DNA of 64,000 nucleotides. Origin: Lytechinus pictus. Taxonomy: Eukaryota. Both the position numbers and the translations under genes were made by a program. The stretch covers positions 5,766,001-5,830,000 of the forward strand of contig NC_087257.1 of NCBI RefSeq assembly GCF_037042905.1, read 5' to 3'. Of the stretch, positions 50,446-63,406 are shown in pieces; position 1 is the stretch's first letter; every line of letters starts with the position of its first letter. Under the pieces are notes generated by a model. It searched no databases. It was given only the letters and a program-made list of their open reading frames with translations, and was not told where the DNA came from.

Positions 50446-52292
50446 TTACATTGTATTATTCGGACATCTATCTGCTAAAAAAAAATTGAAAAAAGAAAAG
50501 ATTATTGGTGTTTATCATCATGCTGAGATTTCTGTTTCAATAAAATTTCATTACCTTTCAAAAAATCCAAAAAATTTGAATTCGTAATTTTGATTAGCAT
50601 TTGTGATTCTAGTTTGGTTTCATACGTGCTAAAAAATCGTTATTAGCCTTATTGTTCACTGGAATCATCATCTAAATTACGATTTTTTTTTTACCACGAA
50701 TCTGGGAGCATGCGCAGTTCAACATTGAGAGAACATATCAAGCATGAGCATGCGCAGTTTTCCCCATGAAAGTGTATCGAAAAATTTACGGAGCTAGAAG
50801 AAAACTACACGGAGCTATTTGCATCGATGCGTTTTCCTATTGAAATGATACTTTGTCACATGATCACGAATTGACCAATTGTTTATCTAGAAAACTCGTG
50901 AATATTCATAAGAGGGATGTTATATGAAATATAATAATTTAGATACATGAGCTACCGTGAATCTTTATTATATTTGTTTACTTTCCCTGTTTCTACCAAG
51001 CGTTTTACACTGTATTCGAACTTTTCATGTTTGTAGTCGTCGTGTAATTGATGATCATCAACAAGAATAAAGAGCTATTTAATAAAAACGTTTTTGTTAG
51101 ATACAGTCCTCTTTTGAAGAACAGAGAGAACGAGTTATACCCGCATTAATCAATTAATAAAATCCTATTACACCATTCCACCTGGAAATTTGTTTAATCA
51201 AGTTTTCAACTGTGTAGGAAAACAAGGACACAGTGAGACATCTCAAAATCTAATCATCAAGATTAATTTGAAATGGCTCAGACGTAATTAGCGAATAAGA
51301 ATAAATTAAGATTAATTAACAGCTTCTACACATGTACAAATCTATAATTATTACCGCCTTTCTAATATCCCTTATGAAGTTGCTTTCCATCTTTTCCCGG
51401 TCTTTCGCTTAAAATTTCGTATTGATTTTCCCCCTTTCAAACAGGACTAGAAAATGTCCGTTTACAAAACACAACATGATACAAATTTGTCATAATCAGA
51501 TAATGAACGATTAACGATTAAATGAACAATTAAAGTTTTCGACAATTAAGTCTACTGATTTGATTTCGAATCATCCTACTGTTATTTTAAGATGCAAATT
51601 CTTCGTACATTAGGCCTACCCCATCACTCTTGTTGGTGAAAATTCCGCTACTCCGCCGATTCAAACTGTAAATCGACCAATCATTTTCATTTGTGGGTGG
51701 AAGAAATGGGGAAGAATTGAAAGTACTTTTTGTTATACTTGCCTACTTACATTTCCACATTTATTCATGTAGAAGATAAACAGGGTGCTTTAGAGGTTTC
51801 CTCAGTGATTGCAGAAAATCATGGCACCCTCGTAAAGCAATGACATACTTCATAACGGACAACTTCAGAAACACTTCATATTCGACATATTTTCATATTG
51901 ACGGGTTTCGCGTCCTCTTCCACGTTCTGTATCTGCGTTCTACATTGTTTGATTTCGGTCCTATATCCTCCATTTCCCAGTTTTGATGGTCAGGGTAAAA
52001 TAAGCCAATGCTCTCTTGATGTTTGCTGCTAATGATGCTGTACTTCTCATACCGGATTAACATGTCGACATTGCTGAGTGCTTACAAAGAACGAGATATG
52101 AAAAGTTTATTTGCTGATAGGAAATATTTCATCGAACGCTTTGAGAAAGGACAGCTTCAGGCCAACCTCAAAGTCGACATATATTAATTCAAACTGATAG
52201 AAGACGATAGTGTGTCCCTTCCACGTCCTAGACCAGAGTTGTTGTTGTTGTTTTTTTGCTTACCTCGGTCCTAGACTTACTCTACCATTATC

Positions 52293-53777
52293 ATGGATGA
52301 TGATCATATGGACGACCATCATATGGATGATGATCATATAGATGATGCTTTTATGCATGATGATCATATGGATTATGATGTTACGCATGACGATCATATG
52401 GACCATCATGATCATATCATGGACCTACATGATCATATGATCGAGACAGACTTTGATGAGCAAAACGCATGTGAGGCCGAGGTCCACGAACACCACGACG
52501 AGGATGTACACCAAGAGGAAATGACCAACAATGCGATCATCAGCTTGGTCTTCTACATCCTGGTCCTAGTCTCTGGCTTACCAGGAAATGCCATCATCTT
52601 GCAGACGTACGCGTGGAAGAAACGGAAGACGAGCACAGATGTCCTCATCATGGCCCAAGGCACCATCGACTTCATCGCCTGCTCATTCACGCCTGCGTTC
52701 ATCATCGAAAGCGGGGTCCCGGACCTACTGACATCCGCCTTGTGCAGGATGAAGTTCTCTATAGAAGAGGTAACAGCTCTCACTTCGCTTTTCCTGACCA
52801 CTCTGATCAGCGTCGAGCGTTACTTAGCAGTATGCCACCCTATGCGACGTCGAGTGTCGGTAAGGAGGTGGATTGCAGTTCTGGTAGTATTCGTTGTCCT
52901 CGTGACAGTATTTACTGGTAGGTTTGCGAGTTTTGCTGTTGTTTGTTCCTATCACGAGATGATGGTCTGCCAACAGCCAACATCACTGGGTTACACTATG
53001 TCCAAGACGGTATTCTTCATCGTATCGTTTACGACGACCACCATACTTTACGCCCTCGTCTACGCTTTCCTCCGAAAGAGAGCGATGATCCACGCCGACC
53101 TGGTGAGCGGTCAACTCTCCCAAGCAACAGTCGGCTCAAATCACCCAAGACCACTCGTCGCGATGATCAGCCATGCAGCCATGAGTTCCAATCTTCACCA
53201 GTCGGGAGATATAGGAAGTCATGAAAACAAAGTTGAAAGAATCCAAATTCCATCGTCTTTGATGACTCCTGGATGTTCAAGTCAAACGAACTCTCCCCTG
53301 CCATCAAAAAAGCTATTTGGCGGGACGAAGACGAAACCTGAATTGATAACCACGGAACAATCACACGATAGCAATGGCCCGGCACAATTGCTTGCAACAA
53401 ACACTGATTCCTACTCCACCCTACATCCTAAACAACAACAACAACATCGCTCTCTCGACAAGGATCGCCTTGCCGAGCCAAAGAGCCGAAAGGAATTCGA
53501 TTTCGGACGGAAAACCACGAGGATGCTACTCGTCATGACGATGTATTTCTTTCTGACCTGGCTCCCACATATCGTGATCATCCACATTCCCCATCACGTG
53601 ATAGAAGAAAAAGGGGAAGAGATCCAGGGATTTTTTGCCCTGATTGGAATCCTTTTGACGGTGAGACTCACCAACCACACGGTCAACTTCTTTGTGTATT
53701 ACCTGGTAAGCAACAGGTTCCGTAAAGACGTCAAGGACTCCTTCAAAGTATGCGCGAGCAGGATTGGCGGGAAATAG
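52293..53777 (+). CDS. Intronless class A orphan GPCR with His/Asp/Met-rich N-terminus, 494 aa
   Basis: 7TM with ERY, TWLP and NFFVYY. Shares TYAWKKRKTSTD, KRA.IHA.L and DFGRKTTRMLLV with the 31511 paralog. Confidence 0.9.
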   Translation: MDDDHMDDHHMDDDHIDDAFMHDDHMDYDVTHDDHMDHHDHIMDLHDHMIETDFDEQNACEAEVHEHHDEDVHQEEMTNNAIISLVFYILVLVSGLPGNAIILQTYAWKKRKTSTDVLIMAQGTIDFIACSFTPAFIIESGVPDLLTSALCRMKFSIEEVTALTSLFLTTLISVERYLAVCHPMRRRVSVRRWIAVLVVFVVLVTVFTGRFASFAVVCSYHEMMVCQQPTSLGYTMSKTVFFIVSFTTTTILYALVYAFLRKRAMIHADLVSGQLSQATVGSNHPRPLVAMISHAAMSSNLHQSGDIGSHENKVERIQIPSSLMTPGCSSQTNSPLPSKKLFGGTKTKPELITTEQSHDSNGPAQLLATNTDSYSTLHPKQQQQHRSLDKDRLAEPKSRKEFDFGRKTTRMLLVMTMYFFLTWLPHIVIIHIPHHVIEEKGEEIQGFFALIGILLTVRLTNHTVNFFVYYLVSNRFRKDVKDSFKVCASRIGGK

Positions 53778-56099
53778 TTCCGCAATGATACAGTCCCACC
53801 AACGAAACAGACTCGGAACGACAGGTGGCATGTCAATGGGAATAACGCCATGGGTTTGGTCAATCTGGGTCCCGTAACACAAAGGTTTAAATAGCGATTG
53901 ATCGTACGCTTGATTTTCTCGATTGATTGTACATTGTAGTCAATGGAATAAATCGTAGAAAAATGTTCTTCGATCATTTCCCCTGGAGACCTGGAGCCGG
54001 TTTCGCCAGTGTGACGGCGCTATGATGAATGACAGTTCCCAAAACGATAATATTACTACTCAAGCGTGTTCAAATACTAAATTAAGCTGCGACTGTATTT
54101 TCGCATTGCGCATAATTTTACAGTATGTTCTACAATGTATGCTAATGTTTGTATATATATATTTTTTAAATTCATTTTTTTAAACAGAAAACAATGTGAT
54201 TCAATTTCTACTGTACAGCGCGTCCCACGAAAAAAAACCGAAACCGAGATTTATAATAACTTAATCACAAATATAATAGAAAAATGACATATCATTGTAC
54301 AGTTTACATGGCTTAGTCTATTTTTTCTGATATAAATCAAATGACACCTTAGTCACATGAGCGAAAATAAAAATTGAATAAAGGAAACCAAAAATTGATT
54401 GAATTTCGAAAATGAATCACATGTCCAAGAAGTTCAATCAATATCTGCTCTTTAATTTTTTTGATACCTCAATCAATCGATTTTTGTATATAGTTGTATA
54501 TATAGTTTGTTTATAATTATTATCAAAACTAGTTCAGGGGCTTGCCTTCTCTACAAGCTTTTGCTTTTCTTGGCAAGTCCCTCCGTTCATTTCTACATTC
54601 TTTTCATAGATAAAATTATTGCAACACATTGTAGTTTTGTTTAATTTATATTCAACATTTGTTACGAAATTTCATTGATCTGTTTGTATTATATTAAATA
54701 TGCATTGTTACTTTGATTATATTTTGAAAAAAAATTGTTGAACGGAAATAAATAAATCTAAATCTAAATCTAAAGAAATGTTCAAGAAATTCCAATTAAG
54801 ACGATTGACAGGCTAGTCGTCGGATTTGCTCCACATTCCGTTTTGCACCCATTTTGTTAACCATACGATAGCATCGTTGGGAAATCAGTGAAAACGCATT
54901 TGTTTTATGAAATCATGGAAATACTATTTCAAACAAACAGAATTTTGTTAATCCATGGCGATTTCTTCATTCATCGATTGACTTTCATTTTCTAATAATT
55001 TCCCCTCACCGCGATGTATATTTTTGGACTTCCTTTTCTCATTCATCTCTTGAATCTCAAAATACTGATGAATTGCAGCTTTGTGGGGTTAATGTGTATC
55101 AGTCGATGCCGATTGACGACTGCGGCATGTTAAGAGTTAATAAATATGCGTATATTAGAAAGTGAAAGTTGGCATTAAATATCATAGATATTATGAGACT
55201 GATTTCTTAGCTTGGGGAAATCCAGAGTCTGAGAGTCGAGGGTTTAATACTTCCGGGTTGGACGTATCCTCGCTTTAATCACATTTTAAGACAGGATCAA
55301 AATACTGGTAAACAATAATGTGATTCTCATTAGCATGAAAACGATTTCATGCTAAGGGGATATTCCAAATTATTTAAAAATTAATATTGAACTTGTTTAT
55401 GATCTGGGCGATTTTCGAAGAAAAAAAAAACGGGATGGAATCAGATATAGCATGTCTAAGATAAAGTTGAAGAGCAAATTAGGGAACTCCTGCTAATATT
55501 TACCCACCTGTCCAGAAAATGATCGTTGAGAGGGAAAAAAAATTGTCATTTTCTTTTAAGGATTTCACTGTATCTTGGGAGCTGCGCAGCCGCTTAAAAG
55601 ACGATTTCAAAGACTTGTGTGTTTTTTTCGCCAACCAAAGAATTTTTCGGGATAAAAGAACGATTCGAATTCAATCAATCACGAGTTGTATCACCATTTG
55701 ATACCAAAAAAAAGAGGAAAATTATCATTCATCGTTTCCAAGCAATATTGATGATTATTTTTTTTCTCAATCTTTGCACAGTTTCGTAAACATGGTAAAG
55801 TCAAATTGCATGAATTACAAATCGCTCATATGAATAATATCATGTCACATGTCTTGTATTAGTTACGATGCATTTAGCGCTACTTAAAAACTGATTATTA
55901 GTGTAATTCTCATATGTAACTTAGAAGTAATGATCGTTTACTCAACCTGTTTTACAATTATTTTAATCATATTTTGTTGACTGCGTAAGTGTTTTTCATG
56001 GCAAACTTATTTGTTTTTGTCTTTTTATATATTAAGTTTTACAATTCATCGTGTAAATTTAGTGGTCTAGACTTAATTGATGTAGTTTGTAGATTTCTA

Positions 56100-56268
56100 T
56101 AGGTGTTTTTTCATAGATGTACATTGTCTTCAATTACTGATGTAAGGACCCCATTGAAAATAAGCCATCTCGGCTTTCATGGGTAATCCTGTCAAGGTAT
56201 ACACTTCTGTTTATAATTTCCTTGTACTTGTTAGTTACCTGACAAATAAAATCAATCAATCAATCAAA
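56100..56268 (+). mobile_element. 3' tail of a CR1/L2-group LINE or derived SINE
   Basis: GGACCCCATTGAAA...CATGGG..TCC stem-loop resembling the reverse complement of 61-122, followed by AATAAA and (ATCA)n. Confidence 0.6.
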
Positions 56269-56775
56269 CATTAATATACATCGCCAGAAAATCTAATGAA
56301 TGAAATGATTTTCTTAAATCTGTAATGAACACTCGTACTTCGCTCATTCACTTTTCTTGAGCTAGAAAATAATCTTCATTGCTCTTTTATTGTAGAATGA
56401 ATAAATGGAAAATACTATTTGCATTATTGGTACAGGCTTGTGCATGTGTTTATTTTAAAAAGCGGTATAGCAAATTAGAAAACAAATTTATTGAAGGGTT
56501 CCGCTTTAGTCTTTCAACATGCTAAAAATAAATGGATACGTATACACAATCGGCATTATAAATCATTGACCATGCTGACAAGGACTATAGATTTATTCAA
56601 GATAAAAATTTGATAATTTCAACGGAACTTCGGAATATCTAATATTAGTGAACGCTAATAGTGTGATTTTCGAAACTTTATTTTGGCTAAACTATGATGT
56701 TCCGAAAGGAAAGCTCCCTTAAGCTCATTGAGTTTTTCTCATTATTCTGGGTCCTTTTGCTTGAGATGTCGTCTA

Positions 56776-56957
56776 CACACTGCAAAACTCCGGTGTTGAT
56801 TTAACACCAGCCCGGAATCTTTATTATGGCCACACCAGAGAAGTGTTAAACAGCATCGGTCTGATTCCAAACTGTTGTTGTTTCAATACTTCTCTGGTGT
56901 GGACATAATACAGATTCCGGGCTGACGTTAAATCAACACCGGACGTTTTGTAGTGTA
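56776..56957. mobile_element. Palindromic MITE
   Basis: CACTGCAAAACTCCGGTGTTGATTTAAC...GTTAAATCAACACCGGACGTTTTGTAGTG with arms of about 80 bp. Confidence 0.85.
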
Positions 56958-57894
56958 ACATTAAGAGTTTGTATTTTACTTTAAAGAGTATACTTAGAGT
57001 TTTATGATTGGCTTGCCGGAAACAAAATAATTAGTCATGGGGCAAATGTGTTCTACACTAGAATGAATATTATAAAATTGTAATAAATAAACAGATAAAT
57101 AGATGAATGCATATGCCTCTATTATTTTCTCAATAGTCTAATCAGGACCTATATTCTGTTTTACGACAGTCGGATCCCGTCTTCGACTACGTGCCTGCGT
57201 CAGCCGTAGTGGTCAAGATCCCGCACCCACCATGCCCACGAGGCTGCAAACACTTACTTCTGGTGACTGTGAAAAATTGATGCAGCAATGATGACCAAAC
57301 AAGCTTATATTACCTGGAAGTATATTAATTTATGTATAAATTGATAATAATCAATCGCAGACTTTCTCCCCGAAGGCTGACTACCACCCCCCCCAAAAAA
57401 AAAATCACCTCATGAAAACTTCTATTCAGCATCACATGTTTCCGTGGAATATTATAGCAAAGGCAAGAATGGCGTGCAATACAGGATCACCTGGAATGTT
57501 AGAAGAGTGAAGGTATTTTAAACAACTATACATTTTTTCTTAGCCCGTCGCTCTAACAACTACAAATAACTATTAAAGAACCAATGCTGTTTAAACTTGT
57601 GTTGGCTTTATTTCTGGCAATATTGTTTAAAATTCATGACCTGCATTTTGAATAAATGTTGAAAAATACGTAACTGATTATTGTGAAATAACAACGCATT
57701 GGGAATTGGCGATAGACAGGTTTCTTTTTAGTTCACACCTTGGTCATTTTCATCATGGCGCGTTACTGTTTAAAAAAGTTGTTAGAGTGACGAGCTTAAA
57801 CAACGTTCTCTAAAATTTTAATCAGCGTATTTAGAACGGAATGATATCCACCAGATACATCATAGGACAACATGGCTGCAGAGTCTTTCTTTCT

Positions 57895-59579
57895 TTATTG
57901 GAGACACTCTTTCACCCTAGCCCAGTACCTCAGGGTTGATGTCTTATTGAAACCATAGGGACCGCCGTTGTGTATGCGGGCGAAGTCTTCACACGTAGGG
58001 ATATGACCGAGGCGCGTCTCGACAGCGTAGCGCGCCATATAGCCCTGGACTGCATCTCCGCTACATCTGAAGTCACCAGAACACTTTCGCCAAGCTATGG
58101 ATACGAAATACAAAGAGAACACCAAGGAGTGAGAAAGGAGGGTTTAGATTAGGTAGCTGGCTAGTATTTTACATTTGGGCAATGGTCTATAATTATGGTC
58201 TAATTCTGAGCTAAAAAATCAAGCCGATAATGTCAAAATCTTGTTTCCCAATGTTTACTTGTATGTACCGTATGTGCTCTTTTTTACGCTTTAATGGCGG
58301 AGAAGGATATTTAGGTGTCATTCTCGGAAAAAATGATTTGGAGTGTAAAATGAGCCGAATGAATTTTTAATGACCTGTGAAAGGGACTTATGTCACGTGG
58401 CGTTCCATAGTTTAACTACAACTCGGTATAGAATAAAACCGAGTTTAAATTAAAACTGTGTTCAGAAAGCGGGCAGATGTGTCCAATGGTTTGGCAACCC
58501 ATCGAACACCTCTGTACATGATTTTGATCTTGAACTATCGAGAGTGGCATTTCATACATCAAGTCCATCACATACATTACGATTGGCCTATAGTAGTCTA
58601 CAAATGTAGACCCACCATCTGCAGTATGTGTATCACAGCTGATTCAACGAGTCTGCATAGCAGACTAGGTCTACTGAGGCTGCAGATTGGCTCGCTTCGC
58701 TCGCCCTTTCATGCTGGTTTGCTTCGCAAACCAGCAGATCCCACATCACGAGCCATTCAGAGTCTGCATAGCAGACTAGGCCTATAGCGGCTTCAAATCG
58801 CAGCCGATAATTACGTCATTACGATTTCGAATTGAATATTCTTTGTTCGTACGGAAATAGACGGGAATTTCGCTTTTAAAATTGAATACAAATAATTAAT
58901 TTCTGCCCTAGGCCTACATCTAAACATTTTGAGATTGATATTGAGATAGATTGACAAATAGATCAATCCATTTGGATAGACATATACATATAGATCCACA
59001 CACAGACAGGCAGATATACAAATTAATAGATAAATTGTTTAATGACTTGGTACATAGATAGTCAGATATATAGATAGATAGATAAATATATAGAAAGAAA
59101 GATCGATAGATATAAAGAAAAAAATAGATGAACAGATAGGTAGATAATTAGATAGATATAAAGCAAGCAAGAAAGATAGATAGATAAAGAAGAAAGAAAG
59201 AACGAAAAATTGATAGATAGATAGATAGATAGATAGACAGAGATGGACAGAGAGACAGACATACACAAATGTGAAAGGTGGAGACCTACATCCATCGAGT
59301 GCACCGCCTTTGAGTCTAGCGTCATTCCAGTAGTCTTGCTTCAGCTGGTAAGGACCACATGACAAAGATCCGACGTCCACCTGACAAAGAGGGTTGGGCA
59401 TCTTGCATTCGGATTCCACAAAGCAAATACACTTCAGACAGTCGAGTGGAACCGGAGTCGGAAGAATGACATCTTTTGCTATGAAGATATTAAAACAATG
59501 GAATGCTAGTAGCAGATGAAAATAATGGCAGTATACTACTACTTCTACAACAACAACAACAACAACAACAACAACAGCA

Positions 59580-59614
<35 letters not shown>

Positions 59615-60255
59615 GTCTTCTTTTACAACTACCACTACTTCGTCTTCTTCCTCTTCTACTACTACTACTACTACTAATAATAATAATAATAATACTCATA
59701 CTAAATGATTAAATAAATGAATGAATAAATGAATACATAAATAGATAAATCAACAAATTGATAAAAAAATTGAATAATACAAATGATGATAATATAATTT
59801 TTAAATTAATTTTGATGGTTAAAAGGGTTTACTGGGTCAGATATGAAATGTAATTCCTCTCACAAGCCAAATTTCTGCTAGGGGTTCACAAAATAATTCA
59901 TATTATTTGAACTCATGTAAGTAAATGAATTTTATTGCTGATCCATGTTTATGTTTAATTTTAAATTCATCCATTCATCCATCCACCATGTCCGTTTATT
60001 CATTCATTAATTAATTCATTAATCCATCCATCCATCCATTCACTCACCCACTCACTCACTCGCCCACGCACTCACTCACTCTAACATGAAGGCCCAAGAT
60101 AAAAAAAATCGAGCAGGCCTGTAAAATAAAGTTTTAAAATTCTGCTTACCATTTTGACCATGGTTAGCGGCGCGTTTATCAGAACCGGGGAAAACCTTAC
60201 AAGAAGCAGTGATAAATAACACTACACACAAGATCAGTGTTTTGCCGACAGCCAT
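57895..60255 (-). CDS. Invertebrate-type (i-type/destabilase) lysozyme, 3 exons, 164 aa
   Basis: Exons 60255-60150 (signal peptide), 59478-59290 and 58094-57895, with phase-1 GT-AG introns. Motifs CLKCICFVES, DVGSLSCGPYQ...YW and CEDFARIHNGGP; muramidase Glu and Asp are present. Confidence 0.92.
58594..58778. mobile_element. AcademH-like non-autonomous element in lysozyme intron 2
   Basis: Termini TAGTCT...AGACTA, each forming a hairpin. Exact 9-bp TSD GGCCTATAG at 58585-58593 and 58779-58787. Confidence 0.7.
59055..59260. repeat. (GATA/GACA)n degenerate microsatellite
   Basis: Directly visible; intronic. Confidence 0.9.
59533..59695. repeat. (CAA/CTA/TAA)n microsatellite
   Basis: Directly visible; intronic. 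Confidence 0.95.
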
Positions 60256-63101
60256 GATAGAGCCTCAATCGCCGAATACAGCTTTACTCGTACAGTATTT
60301 ACTGGATATGTCTAGACGGTCAAAACTGTTTCTATCTGTGAGTTTCTATCATCATGTTATGAATATTCTAGGGTGCATTGGCACGTATCGCAATGAATAC
60401 AATGCCCATTTCCTTTTGATTACTTCCGCGAATGGTCATAACGCTCATCGGGGGAAGTCCCGATCGCATATTGCTTTTTATTCGGTCTTTTCTCGAAAGG
60501 TTAGAATCGAAACATATTTTGCGCGTAGTCACTGACGGTATTTTTTAATATGGAAGAATCACGACTTTGCTTTAGAAATAATGGAACAAACTGTTTATTT
60601 CGGGGAAGTTCCATGTAAACTGAATTGGATTCGAGACGCGTATCGGGCATGTCGGCCGGGGGGGGGGGGGGGGCTGGCAATTGGGGATTATTATATTGAT
60701 ACTTGTTTGTTTTGTTTGTTTGTTTTATTTTTATTTCTGCGTTCACAATACATTATCATAAATATTTACATTGTTTGTAATATACAAAATAATTCATAAT
60801 GCATACAATATAAACATAATACATAATTTGAAGGGAAAAAATGGTGTGGGCATATACTTCACATTTTGATAATAAAAAGACTTGGGGTCGCACACTCGCA
60901 GCACTCGCAGTAACAGGTCTATGGGAAGGGGGTGCATGTAGGGGCACATGCCCCCTGACGGCACTCTCTGGGGCGCAAATAATAGGCCTATGAATGGGAA
61001 CTGAAAAAGTATAATGAAAACTTAATTGAATGAACAAACGGAGAAACCAATTGTTCCAAAATTAGCGACGATTAAAGCCATTCATATTAAGTTTTTGTAA
61101 CTGCTTTAACAGTTCATCAGTGCCTTATATAGTACACTGGTAAGCCTATTTGATTTGTTTATAAAGGATAAAAGATCACATACGTAATCGTCATATTACC
61201 AAAGATAATAAATATGCAAATTACGTTAGAACCAAATCATAGTACAAACCTCATGCCCTGTCTTCATCCCTACCCCTCGCCTCCTGCTTCTCTCTCNNNN
61301 NNNNNNNNNNNNNNNNNNNNNNNNNNNNNNNNNNNNNNNNNNNNNNNNNNNNNNNNNNNNNNNNNNNNNNNNNNNNNNNNNNNNNNNNNNNNNNNNNNNN
61401 NNNNNNNNNNNNNNNNNNNNNNNNNNNNNNNNNNNNNNNNNNNNNNNNNNNNNNNNNNNNNNNNNNNNNNNNNNNNNNNNNNNNNNNNNNNNNNNNNNNN
61501 NNNNNNNNNNNNNNNNNNNNNNNNNNNNNNNNNNNNNNNNNNNNNNNNNNNNNNNNNNNNNNNNNNNNNNNNNNNNNCTCTCTTATTCTCGTTTTCTCCT
61601 CTTTCCACCTATTCTATTGAATTTCTCTTTAGGCTACGATCTTGGGTTGAATTATCATCCGTACACATTTCTCTTCATTGTTTAATTCTAAGTTTCTCAT
61701 GTGATGTTCTTTAAATGGATCCTTTGAAAGGAAACGTAATTCCTATTTTCGCTATAATATTTTTTGTTAAACATATCAGGTTTTGAAAAAACCCTGAAAA
61801 ATATTGTATTTTTCTACATCCAACCCACATGCGCGGTCAAACATTGTAAACAAAAATCGATTCATAAGATTATACCTTTTATTACATGAAGAAAGCAGGG
61901 GGTTTACGGGAAAAAGGTGTTGATGGGCTTGCCCATGGTCCGGCGTTATACAGGGGTGCGATGGGAAATGACCATCCCTGTAATTCTTGAAGTCGTTAAA
62001 AGCAAAAAGCGAACAAGGAAAAATAAAACCGAAGAAAGAAAGAAGGGTATCGGCAGATCAAAGGGAGATAAGTGAGTAGCAGACTAACTCCCTATATGCA
62101 AACTCATATTATTCAATTGAAGAAAATCATGACGTCACATGTAGGTCGTCTTATCCATATCACTAAAATCTGAAGATTTGATGTCCCCTGGTTTATATAA
62201 AATATATTCATAAATTCTCAACACCATGACTATGATCTACACAACAAAACGCCCGTACAATGTATACATAAAACATAGTCATGATAGTGTGTTCGTCGTA
62301 AGTTATATACATACATGTATATCCCATATATAGATATCCCTCCCTAATGTTGATAAACCTCATAGTTAAATTCATTATGGGGAACTTGATAGACCAGACT
62401 TCTGAACAAAATAGTATCGGCATGAAAAAGTGTAACGAACAGGTAAATACTACTCTCAGTACAAATTATTAGAAGAGACCATAAGTTCACTGTACAATAA
62501 AATGTTTAACATTCGATAATAAGCGCTCTTGCTATAAAAGGCCGAGAAAGGGAATATTGGGTAACTAACTCTTTTTCTTGATGATCACACACAGATATGC
62601 ACATAGTGTATGAGCCAGAATGAACCACGCTCCTATCGAAGATAGTTAAGATTAATCTATTTCATCTCAGTAACCTATGTCTGAGTCTGACAACCTGATA
62701 AGGGGTACATACAGGTCCTCAGATGATCAAATTTGGGTAATCGATTTGGAGAAATAGATGAACTGTAAAACTTACCCATATATTTGTAACCTTTTTTTAA
62801 AATAGATAAATGACTCTACACAATAGTTGTTCATTATCATCATCAAATATGCAGGCATGTTTCAGGTAGAGGGAATCTTCGTACAGATAAAGACCACTAG
62901 ATATATGGAGATATAATTCAAATTCAAGTTCCAGTGTGGCGTTTCACAAAGCTTTTCATAAGTTGTGCATGAATTTACACACGAATAAGACAATATACTA
63001 AGTCACCTATAGGGATCGATTGGGTCACCAGACACTCCAGTCGTATAGAACAGTTTTTTTAACTGTCCCGTGCTATGAAAAATTTGCTATGGTATACACA
63101 T

Positions 63102-63388
63102 CAGGGGCCCGTCTTACGAAGAGTTGCGATCGATCTGATCAATCGCAACTATGGACAACTATGGAAAGCCAGCAAAGTCAACATATGAAATGCATGTTTG
63201 TTCAAAAATTGTTCGAGATATGAATGTGTATCCATAAATTCATTGATTTATTGACAATTTGGTCTGTTCTCCTTTGTTTACAAAACACATTTGGCAAATT
63301 TTCTGTAGAAAAAATTATGACACGGATGGATTTCCATAGAGTTACGATTGATTGGATCAAACGTAACTCTTTGTAAGATGGGGCCCTG
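63102..63388. mobile_element. MITE (same family as 33146-33422)
   Basis: GGGGCCCGTCTTAC / GTAAGATGGGGCCC termini; interior is the reverse complement of 33146-33422. Confidence 0.85.
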
Positions 63389-63406
63389 ATTTAACATCAA
63401 GGGTAA

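Noticed and set aside
59039-59635. 198-aa single-exon ORF
   Set aside because: Only 59290-59478 is lysozyme exon 2; the rest is intronic microsatellite.
61214-61714. ORFs spanning N-runs (also 8727-9095)
   Set aside because: These are assembly-gap artefacts.
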